DNA of 64,000 nt. Origin: Sminthopsis crassicaudata (Eukaryota). Of this stretch, positions 49,513 to 62,380 are shown in pieces. Numbering within the stretch: position 1 is the stretch's first letter; every line of letters begins with the position of its first letter. The stretch is from NCBI RefSeq assembly GCF_048593235.1, contig NC_133619.1, forward strand, positions 651,846,558-651,910,557, in the 5' to 3' direction. Position numbers and translations under genes: made by a program. The notes beneath the pieces were generated by a model that saw only the letters and a program-made list of their open reading frames with translations, was not told where the DNA came from and ran no database searches.

Positions 49513-51084
49513 TTCATTTGCCTGTTTGCCTCCAGGGACTACAACTGCAGATAAAATGCTTATTGAAGGTTCTCCATCAGAGTCTCAGATATAGAATGAA
49601 CCAGTTGCTCATTGGTTAATTATTTTTTAATTTATTTTATTTGGAAAAAAAAAAACAGACTAAGAAAAAAAGAAAAACAGAAAAGAAATACAAAACCAAA
49701 TAAAACCCTGGTTAATTATGACAGAGTGAAACTGCTTTGCTAGAAGTAGCAGGAGGCAAGGCAATGAGCCTGGCAGGAGTAGCTGCTATGTGACTGTCTG
49801 CACTAATGGTACCCTCGGCTCTGCCACTGCAGACACTAATTGATGTATTTTGTTATTATCCTTCTACCTCACTTTGTACCTGGGCATTGGGTGTGAGCTG
49901 CCCGGACTGTACTTTTTTAGGACGGTATGAGAAGAGCTGTAGCTTTGCTCCAGGAGAACCTCTCCAGCGCCAGCTCCCTCCTCCGGCTTTATCCAAGAAG
50001 AACTCAAGGGCACTTTCCAGGCTAGGGGCATGAAGGGAATTGAGAGACATTTTCTCACCTGGAAGGAGAGGGGGCTACTGAAGTGGAAGGGAAGGCATGG
50101 GTACCTCCAGGTGCACAAAGGAGCTAGAACTGTTTCCTGCAGGGAAAAGGCTGCCTGGAAGCTTTCATTGAATAGACAGCCCCCCAAAATGTCCTTATCG
50201 GGCAAAATCATCAGGAGACAGTTGTTCAGCAGATAACCAGCAGATGGCAGCATAGTAGAGCTCTACAATGTTACTAGTTCAAAAGGGAGACTGGTGGGCA
50301 ACAGCTGGGGCAAAAGACAGAGACCGGGTGGGATGCAAGTCCCGGGTACCCCAGTGACCTCTGTTTCCTGCAAGAGTCCGTTGCCCAAAGGAGATGTGCT
50401 GACCCTCGGAAGGGTACACATATTGTAGGGGAGAGTTCCCTTATTTGCTTTGCCACTCAGCTGGATTCCCTTTTGCTTTCAGCTCGCCTCCTAGTTTTGT
50501 CTTGTTGTTAGAGACTTGGTACCAAGGAGGGCTTGGGAAGAAAGGCTTTAAATACCCGCAAAGTGCCTTGAATTTAATTCAGCTTTCAAGGGCTTGTGGT
50601 TCAATGGTGTCCAGGCTAGCTTGTGCATCATGACATCACAGAGTTCCCCAGTGTCATATGGGCCAATCCTTAACTCTAAAGTGGTGATCCAGCCTTAGCC
50701 TGAAGACCTCCAAGAAGGGACACCCTATGACCTCTCAAGGCAGCCCCCTCCATCAATGGGTGATTAGTGGATGGTTTTTTTCCCTAACTCAATGCTTAAT
50801 TTGAAACCGCTCTTTGATGAGCCAGAGCCCCCTTTGTGATTCTAGCCCATATTTGCCTTGGGGTATTGAATCTAACTTGCAGGAGGATTTTTCCTACCAC
50901 CTGCGGCTTTCCACCTGCTGGGAATTTTCTTCCTAGCCTAGCTTTATCCATTACACCTGCTCCCTGAAGTCGCTCATGGGTTACATATTTCAGGCTTCCC
51001 ACACTCATCCTGCAATAATCATTAATCATTTTTAATTCTTCAGAGACTGGTTCATTTCATATTTCACTGCCATACGATGATGTG

Positions 51085-51875
51085 GGCAGAAAGCTATTAA
51101 ACTCTCTTCAATTTGGAACTCTGCTCAAAAAGTTATCAGACTGTGCATACCCTTTGATCCAGCAGCGTTACTACTGGGCTTATATCCAAGAGATATTAAA
51201 GGGAAAGGGACCTGTATGTGCCAAAATGTTTGTGGCAGCCCTTTCTGTAGTGGCCAGAAACTGGAAAGTGAGTGGATGCCCATCCACTGGAGAATGGCTG
51301 AATAAATTGTGGTCTATGAATGTTATGGAATATTATTGTTCTATAAGAAATGACCAGCAGGATGACTTCAGAAAGGCCTGGAGAGATTTACAGGAACTGA
51401 TGCTGAGTGAAATGAGCAGAACCAGGAGATTATACATGGCAACAAGACTATACAATGATCAATTCTGATGGACGTGGCCATTTTCACCAATGAGATGAAC
51501 CAAATCAGTTCCAATAGAGCAGTAATGAACTGAACCAGCCATACCCAGCGCAAGAACTCTGGGAGATGACTGTGAATCACTATATAGAATTCCCAATCCC
51601 TCTATTTTTGTCCACCTGCATTTTTTATTTCCTTCACAGGCTACACTATTTCAAAGCCAGATTCTTTTTGTACAGCAAAATAACTGTTTGGACATATATA
51701 CCTATATTGTATTTAAATTGTACTTTAACGTATGTAACATGTATTGGTCAACCTGCCATGTGGGGGAAGGGGTAGGAAGGAGGGAAAAAGTAGGAACAAA
51801 AGGTTTTGCAATTGTCAGTGCTGAAAAATTACCCATGCATTTATCTTGTAAATAAAAAGCTATATATATAAAGAA
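51085..51875 (+). mobile_element. L1 3' end
   Basis: [15 protein letters not shown]...WLNKLW...MLSEMSRTRR, 3' UTR and AATAAAAAG. Confidence 0.88.
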
Positions 51876-52949
51876 AAAACTTTCTTGATACCAATGGAAG
51901 TTAGGGATGATGAAGAGAAACTTTCTAAAGGCATTCCTCCCTGCTTTCCACCTCCTGTTCTATACTGGACCCCACGTTTTCCCTCCAACCATCTATCCTG
52001 GACAGACATAACGTTGGACAAATTCACGGGAACAGCTGAAGCTGTATCCTTCAGGAAATAGCCCTAGGTGATGGAAATGAAGGTTAGCCTTCTCTCTAGT
52101 GTGTCGGTACACTTGCATCATAGTTGTCCAAGTAAAAAGTATTTTGTTACTTAATGGTGGTGGATTGAGGTGGATCCTAATTCCAGCCTCTACAAATTAG
52201 CCCCAGGAACCCAGAAGAGGCTTGAAGGAAGAAAATACTGCGGGCCAACTTCCCGTCCATCTCTGACATCGTCCACCCATCTAGAGTCCTCGCCTCAGCC
52301 ATGAACACAGCCGACCGCGTTTTGTCCAGACTATCCCGTCGGACAAGATTTCATCCCAACTTCACCATCATCTCAATGTTTCTCCAAAGTCAAATACAAG
52401 CACCCCAGTCCTCAACTTCATTCCACATAATTCAAGCCCAATTTCTGGGTTCTGCCTCAGTCTGTTCTCATCTTTGGGGTCCACCCAGAGTGTCCATTCT
52501 TGGTGAGAGCGGAAGACCAGCAGGACCTCTGGAACTTGTTAACCCCACCCTCAGTTTCCCTATTTGTAAAGTGACGGGATTGAACAAAACCTTTCTACCA
52601 TGTTTGTCTTGGGTAAGAATCTAACTTGCCAGATTGTTCCTGACACATTGTGGGCCATAGGACACTGTGGCTATCGGCCTGTCTTCCCTCTCGTGTCTTT
52701 TCTTCCTACCCTACATTTATTTCCTTATCTTTCACTCATTCCCTGAAGTCCCTCCTCAGCCCGTCCACAGAACAGACTTCGGCCCCAGTCCCACCCTTGG
52801 TCACAGCCCGGGCTCATCTGAAGCTCCCCTGGGCCCCAACCTTTTGATCATGGCTGCCCCCCAGGTCCCTGGGGGCTCTTCCTGAGGTCTTGGAGCAATG
52901 CATTCCTACTGTTGTAGAGAGGAGACGGAGGCAGAGTTGGGGTTGAGGT

Positions 52950-52955
52950 TTTATT
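52950..52955 (-). terminator. TSKS AATAAA overlapping the TAA stop codon
   Basis: Minus strand reads GAG CAA TAA AA, i.e. CAATAAA. Confidence 0.7.
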
Positions 52956-55900
52956 GCTCAGGCGCAGGCCCCCCACGTTTTGGAGGGGCTCCTCCACTGC
53001 TCCCTCCCCCTAGGCTCGTGGCTGATCCCTCTAGAGGGAGGCTGCTGAGCTGGTCATGGAGGGAACACATCTTCAGATGCAGGTAGTCCAAAGCAGCCAC
53101 TTTCTCCCTGCGAGAGGAAGGAGAAGAGGAACATGAGGTGGAGGAGGAGGAGGAGGAGGAGGAGGAGGAGGAGGAGGAGGAGGAGGAGGAGGAGGAGGAG
53201 GAGGAGGAGGAGGAGGAGGAGGAGGGAGAGTTAGAGTGCTTAGATACTGGGCCTGGGAGCATTAGAGATCCATCACAGGCTCTGAGGTTGGGGTCAGAAG
53301 GAGCTCATGAGGGTCAGGGTTTAGAGGGAGCTCATGAGGGTCAGGGGTCACAGGGCCTTCTCCTTTTAGGGACCACACTAGGATGTGACCTGCTGGTCAT
53401 GACATCAGCAGCAATCAGTCATGGCCATGCAGTCAGGAGGCCCCCGGGGTCCCCAGCGGGACCAGGAGATGGGTGAGCACAGTCATAACAGGGCAAGGGT
53501 TTCAGGACACGTTGGGGTCGGGTGGGATTGTGGGGTGGGGTCAGGGGTCAGGACCCTCACTCAGGCTTCATCTTGTCTGTCAGCAGGAGGTTCTTAGCCC
53601 TGAGGGCCTCATCTTGAGCCAGCCTCAGAGTGGAGCTCAGAGCCTCGGCCCGCACGTGCTTTGCCAGTGCCTGGCGCTCTAATTCCTGCAGTGACAGGGT
53701 GGAGGCGGGTCTTCCTGCTGCCCCCTCCCACGCCCCCTGGGCCCTCCCCCTCCCACGCCCCCTGGGCCCTCCAGCACTTTCAGGCTCCCGTGCGCGGGCA
53801 TACCAGGATCTTCTTGTGAAGGCGCTGGCAGCTGGGGCACGCCGGTGCCAGGCCACGCTGCTTCACTTCGTCCACCAGGGGCGTCAGGGCCCGCTCCAGG
53901 AGCTGCTGCAGGGACTCGGACGACAGCTGCTGCCCCTGGCTGGGGGCGGTGGGCTCAGACTCCGGCCCCCTCCATACCCCCCCAGGGGCTTCCCCTTCCC
54001 CCCCTCCCCATCCCCCACGCCTCTCTGGCTGGGACCCCCAGCAGCCCCTGCGGCTTTACCTGCCGCAGCGAGTGCAGGAGCCCGGCCGGTCCAAGGTCAT
54101 GGAGAGCTCGGAGCCGCGACGGGCGCTGCCCAGCTGTCGACCTAACTCCTCCAGCACGGGCTTCACGGGCCCCAGGCCCTCCAGCTCCCCGCGCAGGGAA
54201 GCCACGGACACCGCCGAGCGCTCCACCCTGGGGGCAGGGAAGGTGGGGAAGGCTCAGCGGCCGCATCCCCCCTGGGAGCCCAGTTAGGGCCACTGGGCTG
54301 GGAGCCGGCTCGGAACCCGCCGGGCCCTGCCCTTTCGGCCTTCTACAGCCCTTCCAGCTCCCGAATGGCCCCACCCTCTCGTAAGCTACAGGGTTGGGGC
54401 TCGACCCCTGTGGTCCGAGTGGACCCCGATCAGCCCTCCCGGCCTACTGGCGGAGGATGAGGACTGGGGGCTCCGGAGGATGAGGATGGGGGGGCTCCGG
54501 AGGATGAGGACTGGGGGCTCCGGAGGATGAGGACTGGGGGCTCCGGAGGAGGAAGAGCGGGGGGCTTCGGAGGATGAGGATGGGGGGGCTCCGGAGGATG
54601 AGGACTGGGGGCTCCGGAGGATGAGGATGGGGGCTCCGGAGGAGGACTGGGGGCTCCGGAGGATGAGGATGGGGGCTCCGGAGGAGGACTGGGGGCTCCG
54701 GAGGATGAGGATGGGGGCTCCGGATGAGGACTGGGGGCTCCGGAGGATGAGGACTGGGGGTCTCCGGAGGATGAGGACTGGGGGCTCCGGAGGAGGAAGA
54801 GCGGAGGCTCCGGAGGAGGAAGAGCGGGGCACCCGGGGAGGGGCCTCACATGGTGCAGAGCTCGTCCGCCCGGCCCCGCAGCTCCTGGAGGCCCCGCGCA
54901 GTCTGGGCCTGCTCCCGCTGGGCCCGCTCCCACTGGCCCAGGAAGCCGTCCAGCCGCCCCCCGAGACCTCCAAGCAAGCGAAGTGCCTCTTGCACGGCGC
55001 CCTCCTCCTGATACCAGCGCGCCGTCAGCGAGGACACCTCTCTCCTGCACGGGGAACAGTGCCGGCGCTCGGGGTCTGCCTGCTCCGGGAGCAGGACCCC
55101 AAAGCCTCCCGAATTGCCCCCCTCCCCATGCTGACCCCTCCGCTCCCCGCAGCCGGACAGGCCGCTCCTGTCCGGTCCTCTCCACTTCACTACCTGGAAT
55201 CACCTCCAGCTTTCCAGGTTGGCCCCGCCCCCTCGTGAAAGGGCGTGTCCCCTCTGGCTCCACCCCTCACACTTAACCACTTCCCAGAGTAGCCCCTTCC
55301 AAAGCGGTTCTAGGAATGTTTTCCCAGTTGGCCCCGCCCCCGTCGGAGAAGGCGTGCTCCACCATAACTCCTCCCCTCACATCTAACTACCTCCCAGAGC
55401 AATCGCTCCCAAAGGGTTCTAGGAATAAGAGCTCCCAGTTGGCCCCGCCCCTCGGAGAAGGCGTGTCCCAGGATAGCTCCTCCCCCACCAGGTGGCCCCG
55501 CCCACTCCGTTTGAGGAGGCGTGCCCCGGTATAGCCCCCCCACTTCCCAGAGCAATCCCTTCCCAGTGCTCCCTGGGTGGTCCCACCTTCTACATCCTAA
55601 AATGACTGGAAATCCTAGTCTCAGCTCCAAGACTGCCCCCCCCCCCACGAAGTCTCGGTTACCTACGGCGCCCCGCGTCCCTCCCCGGGGCCTGGCGGGC
55701 CTGGGGTCACCTGAGCTCCTCCAGGCCGGCGGTGACCTTCTGAAGCTCCAGCTCTCCGCTGTCTCCCGTGCGGCCCTGGCCCTGGGCCTCGCTCTGGGCC
55801 TCGGACCCGTCCCCGGCGGTGGCTGTGACTCGGGGTCCGGGGGGCTCCGGGGGGCTGCCCATCAGGAGCATGGCCGTGGGCCCGGAGACGAGCACGGCCC

Positions 55901-58900
55901 CAGGCTCCAGCTCCGGTTCTGGGTGCAGCTGGGGCTCGGGCTGGAGCTGGGCCTCGGGGTCAGCCTGGGCCAGGATGTCTTCGGGGCACGAAGTGGGGCA
56001 GGAGGAGACCATGGAGTGGCGGGACAGTCCGGTCTCCATCTGCTGCTCCAGCTCCAGCTGCTCAGCCTCCTGCCTTCGGGGGGGCTCATCCTGCAGCTGC
56101 TGCTGGAGGAACCGGAGTTTCTCCTGGGGAGGTGAGAGGGGAGCCCTGCTGGGAGCCTGGCCCCATCCCTCTCGCTGCCCCTGGGAGATGGGCGGTAGCC
56201 GTGGGCTTAGGGCCCGCTCAATGGGAGGAGCTTCTGCCGCTCTGACTTCCCGCCCCCCAGCGTGGAGGCTCTGGACTCTCCGGCCGGGCCCAGCGCCCGC
56301 CCCGGGACCCAGGTGTCCCTCACCTCCAGCAGGGCCGAGTTCTGCTTCAGGACGTTTGTCTTTATCTCAGCGTCTTCCACTGAGCGGGTCACCTTCCGGC
56401 AATTCTCCTGGGACCGGACAGCTGGGGCTGGGGGTGGGGGCTGGGGAGGAAGCCCTCCCCCGGGGCGCAGGGGCTCCCCTGGGGCCCAGCCCCCAGCCCG
56501 GCTCTGACGCCGGGACCACACCCACGGGCCGCCCCTGGACCCGCCTGCAGCTCGGCTACGGCTCCGGCCCGCCCCCCCCAGGAGGCCCCGCCCCCTCCCA
56601 GCCCCCGCCCCGCCGCCCCGCCCCAGGAGCCCCGCTCACCTTCAGCTGGCTGCAGTAGCCCTCCAGCTCCTCGGCCTCCTGCCTCCTCCGCTCCAGGTTC
56701 TCGCTCAGCACGGAGCACTCGCTCTGTGGGGAGGAGAAGCCCAGAGCGGGACAAGAGTTGGGGGCCGGCAGGAGCGGGGGGGCTTGGGGGCGAGCCACGC
56801 CCTGGGATTTTCTGGGGTCACGCGCGTGAGATGGGCTCCGGGCAAAGGTCCCCCACCCCCACCCCCACCCCCGGGATTCACCCGAGGGGGGCCTGGGGAG
56901 ATCTGGGAAGGGGAGGGGGCTGCTCCAGGCGCCGGCTGCTGGGACCTGAAGCGACTGCACGTGCTGATTGACCCGAGTGGTTTTCTCCTTGAGGCTGGTG
57001 ATGGAGTCCTTGGCCCGCAGCAAGCCGCTGTTCACCCCGTTCTGTAGGAAATGGAGGGTTGGGGGACGGCGCCCCGATTTAGCTGCTCGCGCTCCCCAGC
57101 CCCGGAGCCGGCCAGAGGCCTCTCAGTGCCAGTGGTGGGGAAGGGGAGCCGTCTTTTCCGAGATTCGTGGTGCGGGAGGCTCGCTGGCCCAGGGCTCCCT
57201 GTCAGCCTAATACGGGACTGAGCCAGCCGGGGCTCCCACTCGGGACCGCGCCCGAAGGCAGGGCGTGGGCTCGCAGGACGTGCAGCTAGAGCGGCCACCC
57301 TGGGTCTCCCAGAACCCCTCACTGAGCCGCAGAGCAGGGAGCCCCAGATGCAGGCTCTCCCGGGATCAGGCCTGGGGGGCTTTGGGCCCTCTCTTTGCCA
57401 AGTTGGGCTGTGTGGGCCCCCCGATCTCGAGCCCATCCCCTGTGTCCGGGATCCTCTCGATGACCTCTGAACCTCTCCTCCAAGTCCCCTTCCCCGAAGG
57501 CCCAGGGCATGGCCTGCTGTCTTCTATGACCTTTGACAGCTGCTGGCTCCGCAGACAGCCATCCTAGGCCGGGAGTCAGGGAGACCTGCAGGCGGGGCTG
57601 GGACCCTGAGCAGATCACGGCGTTTTTGCCTACCTCAGTTTCTTCAACTGTAAAATGGAGCCAACCACAGCACCTACTTCCCAGGTTGTACTGAAGGTTG
57701 AATGAGGTGCTATTTGTAAAACCCTTGCTATAAAATTCTCCCTTCCCTTTTTCTGCCAGTCCCCTGCGCTCCGCACACAGTGGGTGCTTAATTAGTGTTT
57801 GGTGATTGATTAGTTGGTGGCGCTCAGGGGAATGGGAGCTTGAAATTGGGCACTTAGGGCCCCGAGTTCCAGGAGCCTAACCCCCAGAAGGCAAAGGCCC
57901 CTTTCTCCCTCACATCCGGTCCTTTGGTCTCTGCCTTCGGAGCCTCCCTCAGTCTCCGTGTCTAGACAATGGGGGTGGGGGCGGGGTTAGCTTCCATTTT
58001 GCCCCTCTGATTCTGGACCAGGAAGTGAGGCCGGGTGGAAGCCCGGGGCCTCCTCAAAAGTGGGTTTGAAACCCCTTTGCAGAGGCTTGAGCCGCAAGGC
58101 CCCGTCTACAGCCTAGAAACGGCCCCCGGGCGGCCCACCTTCCCCAGCCCCCCCTCCCTGGCAGGAACCCGGCCTAGGATCCCCACTTGTTTTGGAGACC
58201 CCAAAGACGAGTCCTGGGCCCTACAAGAGTCTCGGTGGGTCACGGTCGCTCAAGCCTGGCCCGGAGTCTTGGGGTAAACAAGAACCGGGCCTCGAAAAGC
58301 AGTCTGGGAAGGAGGCCGAGCCGAGGCCAGAGCCAGCCTTACCAGCAGGTCGGCGATGTCGGGGTCGTCGGGGGCCCAGGTGGGAGCCGAGGATGGCAGG
58401 CTCAGGGCCGGGGGTGATGGCGTTCCAGAGGCAGGTAGAGCTGGCAGCTCTTCGGCGGTGGATTCAATCCTGGAAGAGTCAGGAGGCTCCACGGCCGCCA
58501 GGTTGAGGAGGGAGACATTGGTACAGGCTGAGGAGCGCTTCAGGTTCAGGCACCACTGCATGGGCTCGTGGGACATCCGGGGCTCCACCCTGGAGGAGGT
58601 AGCTGCTCGGTTCCCCGGCCGCCCCTCCCCTTCTCCCCAGCCCCAGGACTCCCCCAGACAAGCCAGTTTTCCCGGCGCCCTTGGGGGCCTGAGCTCTCCC
58701 TCTCCCTCCCCCCCCCAGCCTCCCAGCAAGCTTCGGGGCTCCAACCTGGAGTCACAAGCAACTGCCCCAGGGACTTCCCGGCTCCCCCCTCTCCCCCTGG
58801 CCGGCAAGCCCTGGGCCCCCACCCACCCATGGAAAGACACAGCCTTCTTTTTCTTTGTGATCCCCTTTCCTGGGCCAGATCCAGCCCCAGGGACCTCAGG

Positions 58901-58996
58901 CCCCAATGGAGTCCGGTTCTCAGCCCCTGCCGGGGGGTCTCCGGCTTCATGGATCTCCTTGGATTGCCAGATCGTCTTAACCACCACACTCGCCAT
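52951..58996 (-). CDS. TSKS: Testis-specific serine kinase substrate (624 aa)
   Basis: Exons 58996-58827, 58589-58343, 57041-56946, 56723-56640, 56407-56324, 56123-55711, 55044-54850, 54227-54060, 53939-53804, 53685-53561, 53107-52951 sum to 1875 nt; all GT-AG. Starts MASVVVKTIWQSKEIHEAGD, contains KKKKAVSFHG and WCLNLKRSSACTNVSLLNL, ends PAPEQ. Confidence 0.96.
53141..53224. repeat. Pure (GAG)28 / (CTC)28 trinucleotide repeat in TSKS intron 10
   Basis: Directly visible; about 33 nt upstream of the last-exon acceptor. Confidence 0.95.
54452..54830. repeat. G-rich ~23-bp minisatellite (about 15 variant units), TSKS intron 7
   Basis: Unit GGAGGATGAGGACTGGGGGCTCC with variant copies. Confidence 0.93.
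55219..55560. repeat. Degenerate ~110-bp tandem repeat rich in GC-box motifs, TSKS intron 6
   Basis: TTGGCCCCGCCCC recurs at 55219, 55328 and 55439, each followed by GGCGTG; CTTCCCAGAG/CCTCCCAGAG and GGTTCTAGGAAT recur between them. Confidence 0.75.
57630..57730 (+). mobile_element. MIR fragment in TSKS intron 2
   Basis: CCTCAGTTTCTTCAACTGTAAAATGG...CACCTACTTCCCAGGTTGT. Confidence 0.75.
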
Positions 58997-61900
58997 GATG
59001 TGAGTGGTGGGGGCGGGGCCCGGCCCAGGTGCCGGGGAGGGGGGTGGGGGGTCCACCGAGACCCACCACCCACTCTGACCCCTGACCCCAGCCTCCGCCA
59101 GCCTGCCTCACAAAGGACCCAACCACCTAGAGATACCTCCCTGGGGGTGGGAGGACTCTAGAATCTATGAATCCAGCCCCTCCTCCTGTCCTAGAACTAC
59201 AGTGGACTCTCCCAGGGCTCAGACCAGAACCTCTGGAGGAATGGAACTGGAGTCCTTCACCCCCACCTCCGCCCCCCAGAATGGGGGTTCCCCAGTGACA
59301 TTTCCTGCACAGCCCAATGAGCCATCTCATGAGATCTAGGAGGGAAGACATCCACCTCCGTCTACAATTCATAAAGAACTTCATGGCCAGTTCCTGAAAC
59401 TCCCATGGAGCAGCCTGCTGAGCCCTGGGGAGGGGAAAATTTATTCGCATTCACAGGGTAAGTAGCTTTAAGAAGCTGGAACTGAGAACAAGCTCTACAG
59501 GGAGCATGAAACCCTAATTTCAGGATCCCCAGGATCAGGGAAGGGGAAGGCTTTGCCCAATGCCTCTCTCCCTGGAACTTGGAATGGCCTTTTCTGGCTT
59601 TGTTCCTAGAACCCTCAGAGGGGAACTTCACTGGTTCCGCTGGTGTCGGGTAAGTATCCCAACACGGAGTCCAAAGGGCCGTCACACGAAGGCCTCCCTG
59701 GACAGAGAGAAGCCAGGTCCCCCTGGCACGCAGAAGGGCCTTCCAGGCCTCCACTCTCGGACACAGTCATGGCCTGCTTTAGTAATTCCTGACTGGGGAA
59801 ACCGAGTGGAGATTTATCCCAAGAAACCAGAGCGGAGGAGCTTGTGGACTTCAGGCTGTGGGGGGGATATTAAATGATAGAATTCAATTCAATAAACATC
59901 ATTTAAATGCCTGCTGTATTCATGATTCAATGCTCGGGACAGGGATGAGTAAAGAGCAAACCACCACTTTCAGTCCGCTAAGGAGTACATCCTGCTCCAG
60001 GAGAAATGTAAACTGGGGCTGGGGTCGCTCCCATTTTGGGCAAGAATGCTTTCTGACTGAATCTGGACGGAGGGCCAGGGCCCGGACACCTCTATAAACT
60101 GATCAAAGCCGAGGCTCTCAGGAATGCAAGGAAAGGATTTCTAAGGCCTGGATTTGAGAGGTTGAAGCCAGCCTGGCCCAATGGATCCGGGGCATCTCAG
60201 TGAGAGTCACTGGCTCTCCCACGGCTTGGAAGGGAGGGCCCCGCGTGGGAAATCCCGGCCAAGGAGCCTCGGACTCGTCCTTCAGTCTCCGCTCCCAACA
60301 TCTGTCTCAGTACAGAAAATATTACATAATTGTTCCTGCATTATCCAGATGTTTCCTGGGAATTTTGCCTCAAACACAGAGGCCAGGAGATAACTAGGGC
60401 CAGATATGCGGCGTCCATCTCCCAAGGTGTTAGGAAGGCTCTGGGCTTAGAGGGACTATGACTGAACTTAGAACTTTTCATCCATGTTCATCTATAAACA
60501 TGAATTCCTTAAAGACCCAGAGGACTAAACCCAGTGGATTTTAAGGGCTCCCAGATTCACTTCCTTCCCCCTCTGCCCACTTCAAACGAAGTATAATAAC
60601 ACCTTGTTAGGGAAATAAATCCATATTGGGTAATGACAAGGGCAATGGAGAGAGGGAGAAAGAAGACTTTCACTTGTGGGAATCAGGAAAGGTTCCAAGT
60701 TATACCTGAGTGAACCCAAGGAGATAAGGAATCCTAAAAGTGGGGATGAAAAGCCCGTCGGTCCCAGGCCCAGGGGAGACCTAGAATGGGATGGACACAC
60801 GAGATGGATTCCAAGGAAGTCAGTTTGACGAGTGGGGCCCTTGGGGGCTGACGGCAGGTCGCCATGTTAATTATTCATCGGAGGACGGCAATATCTACCT
60901 GAGCCATCAACCCTCTGGCGTTATCAGTTTCTCTCTGGCACATGCCAGGCTAACCTCAGGGCTAAGAGGCTTGAGTTTCCCTTTTGGGAAGCTAAGGGCA
61001 CACTCCCTTCAAATTTTTAGACGTCATCCCCCACTCTAAGCCTGGGACCCACAGGCTAAATGGTTTGGCTTAGCACCCATTGGCCCCCTTTGGAATTAAT
61101 TTAGGGGATGAAATAGATTTCATCGGAAATATTGAAATATAAAAATTGCTAACATGCATATTAGCTACTGAGCCACTCCCCTATCGGGGGTCTCTCTTGA
61201 ATCCACGTATTCAGAAACTTGGCAGGCAGGGATCACGTAGTTTATTGTTTCCCCTCCCAAATAATAGTATTTTTTTCAAGTATACAACATTCACCTCTAT
61301 GAAATTCTGAAATTCTAAATTCTAAATGTTTTCCTCCCTCCTTCCCAAGACAGCAAGCAATCTGATATAGATGATACACTACAATCATATTAAACATTTC
61401 TTTCTTTCTTTGCATTTGCCCATCCATTCTTCCTCCATCATCCCTCTTAGGGAGCCCATGGGATTCACAACAGCCGGCGGTTGTCTGTTTGAGAGCGGGG
61501 GCTTTTTAGTGGATGGCAAACTCAGAGCCAGTCAGCGGTGTGCTGTGCCAGCCAACCAAGCTCAGAGAGGCTGAAGGGGCGAATCGGGGCCTGGGCATCT
61601 GGTTATTAGTCATAATAAAGACAGGACCTGGGGAGAAGGCACTGAGGTAGGGTCTTGCCTTGGCAGGGCTACAAAGGCCTTTTGTTTGTGGTTCTTTTCA
61701 TCTGCGTATGGGACCAAATTGGGGACTGCGATAAAAACCCGAGAGCACACAGCTGTGACAGAATTTGATTCTCCACAAAAAAGGTGGTCCCATCGGGGGC
61801 TAAGTGGGAGCACAGCACAGGATGGAATGAAAAATAGATTCAATCCCTACGTGTTTTGTAGTTCAAAAGCGCATGGATCTTGGAAGGTTAATCTTTTTGG

Positions 61901-62235
61901 AGAGAAAATCACTCATAACTAAGACTCTAGGAAGCAAGAGAAAGTCACATGCAGCTGAGAACAGATTTCTCATTTCTTTTTGAATAAAAGCCCAGGACTT
62001 GTGTGCGGTAATCTCATGAGAAGACGTCAGTGACTTTGAAGAGTCAAAAGCATCATTTGTGCCTTTATTCGGGTGCCGTGGCCATATTTATGACCCTAAT
62101 TGTTTACGCCTTGGCCACATGCATTCCCCATGTATACACCCTTGCCAGTGCATTGCAAGGGATGTCCATTCTCCCTACAATGTATTTGTGGGAATGCGTG
62201 TCCGTAATGAATGGGGAAATGTTTACCACTACTAT

Positions 62236-62380
62236 TTTTTTTTTTTTTTTTGCTGAGGCAACTGGGGTTAAGTGACTTGCTCAGAGTCACACATCCATGA
62301 AGGATTAAGTGTCTGAGGCCGAATTTGAACTCACATCCTCCTGACTTCAGGCCTGATGCTCTAGTCACCTGGCTGCCCCC
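62236..62380 (-). mobile_element. WSINE1-like SINE
   Basis: T run followed by GCTGAGGCAACTGGGGTTAAGTGACTTGC...ATTTGAACTC...GCTGCCCC. Confidence 0.88.

Noticed and set aside
49700-50700. ORFs 49806-50033, 49864-50253 and 50030-50236 with splice-like sites as a hidden gene
   Set aside because: No recognisable protein motif or consistent exon chain, and the ORFs overlap on both strands.
53138-53476. Poly-Glu ORF
   Set aside because: An artefact of the intronic (GAG)28 repeat on the non-coding strand of TSKS.
54195-54215. REST/RE1-like CCACGGACACCGCC
   Set aside because: Only the right half-site matches, and it lies within constrained TSKS coding sequence.
54386-55263. Periodic ORFs (MRMGAPEEDWGLRR..., SSSGAPSPPPEP...)
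   Set aside because: These are translations of the intron 7 minisatellite.
54452-55560. CRISPR-like repeat array
   Set aside because: Eukaryotic intronic tandem repeats with no unique spacers and no cas genes.
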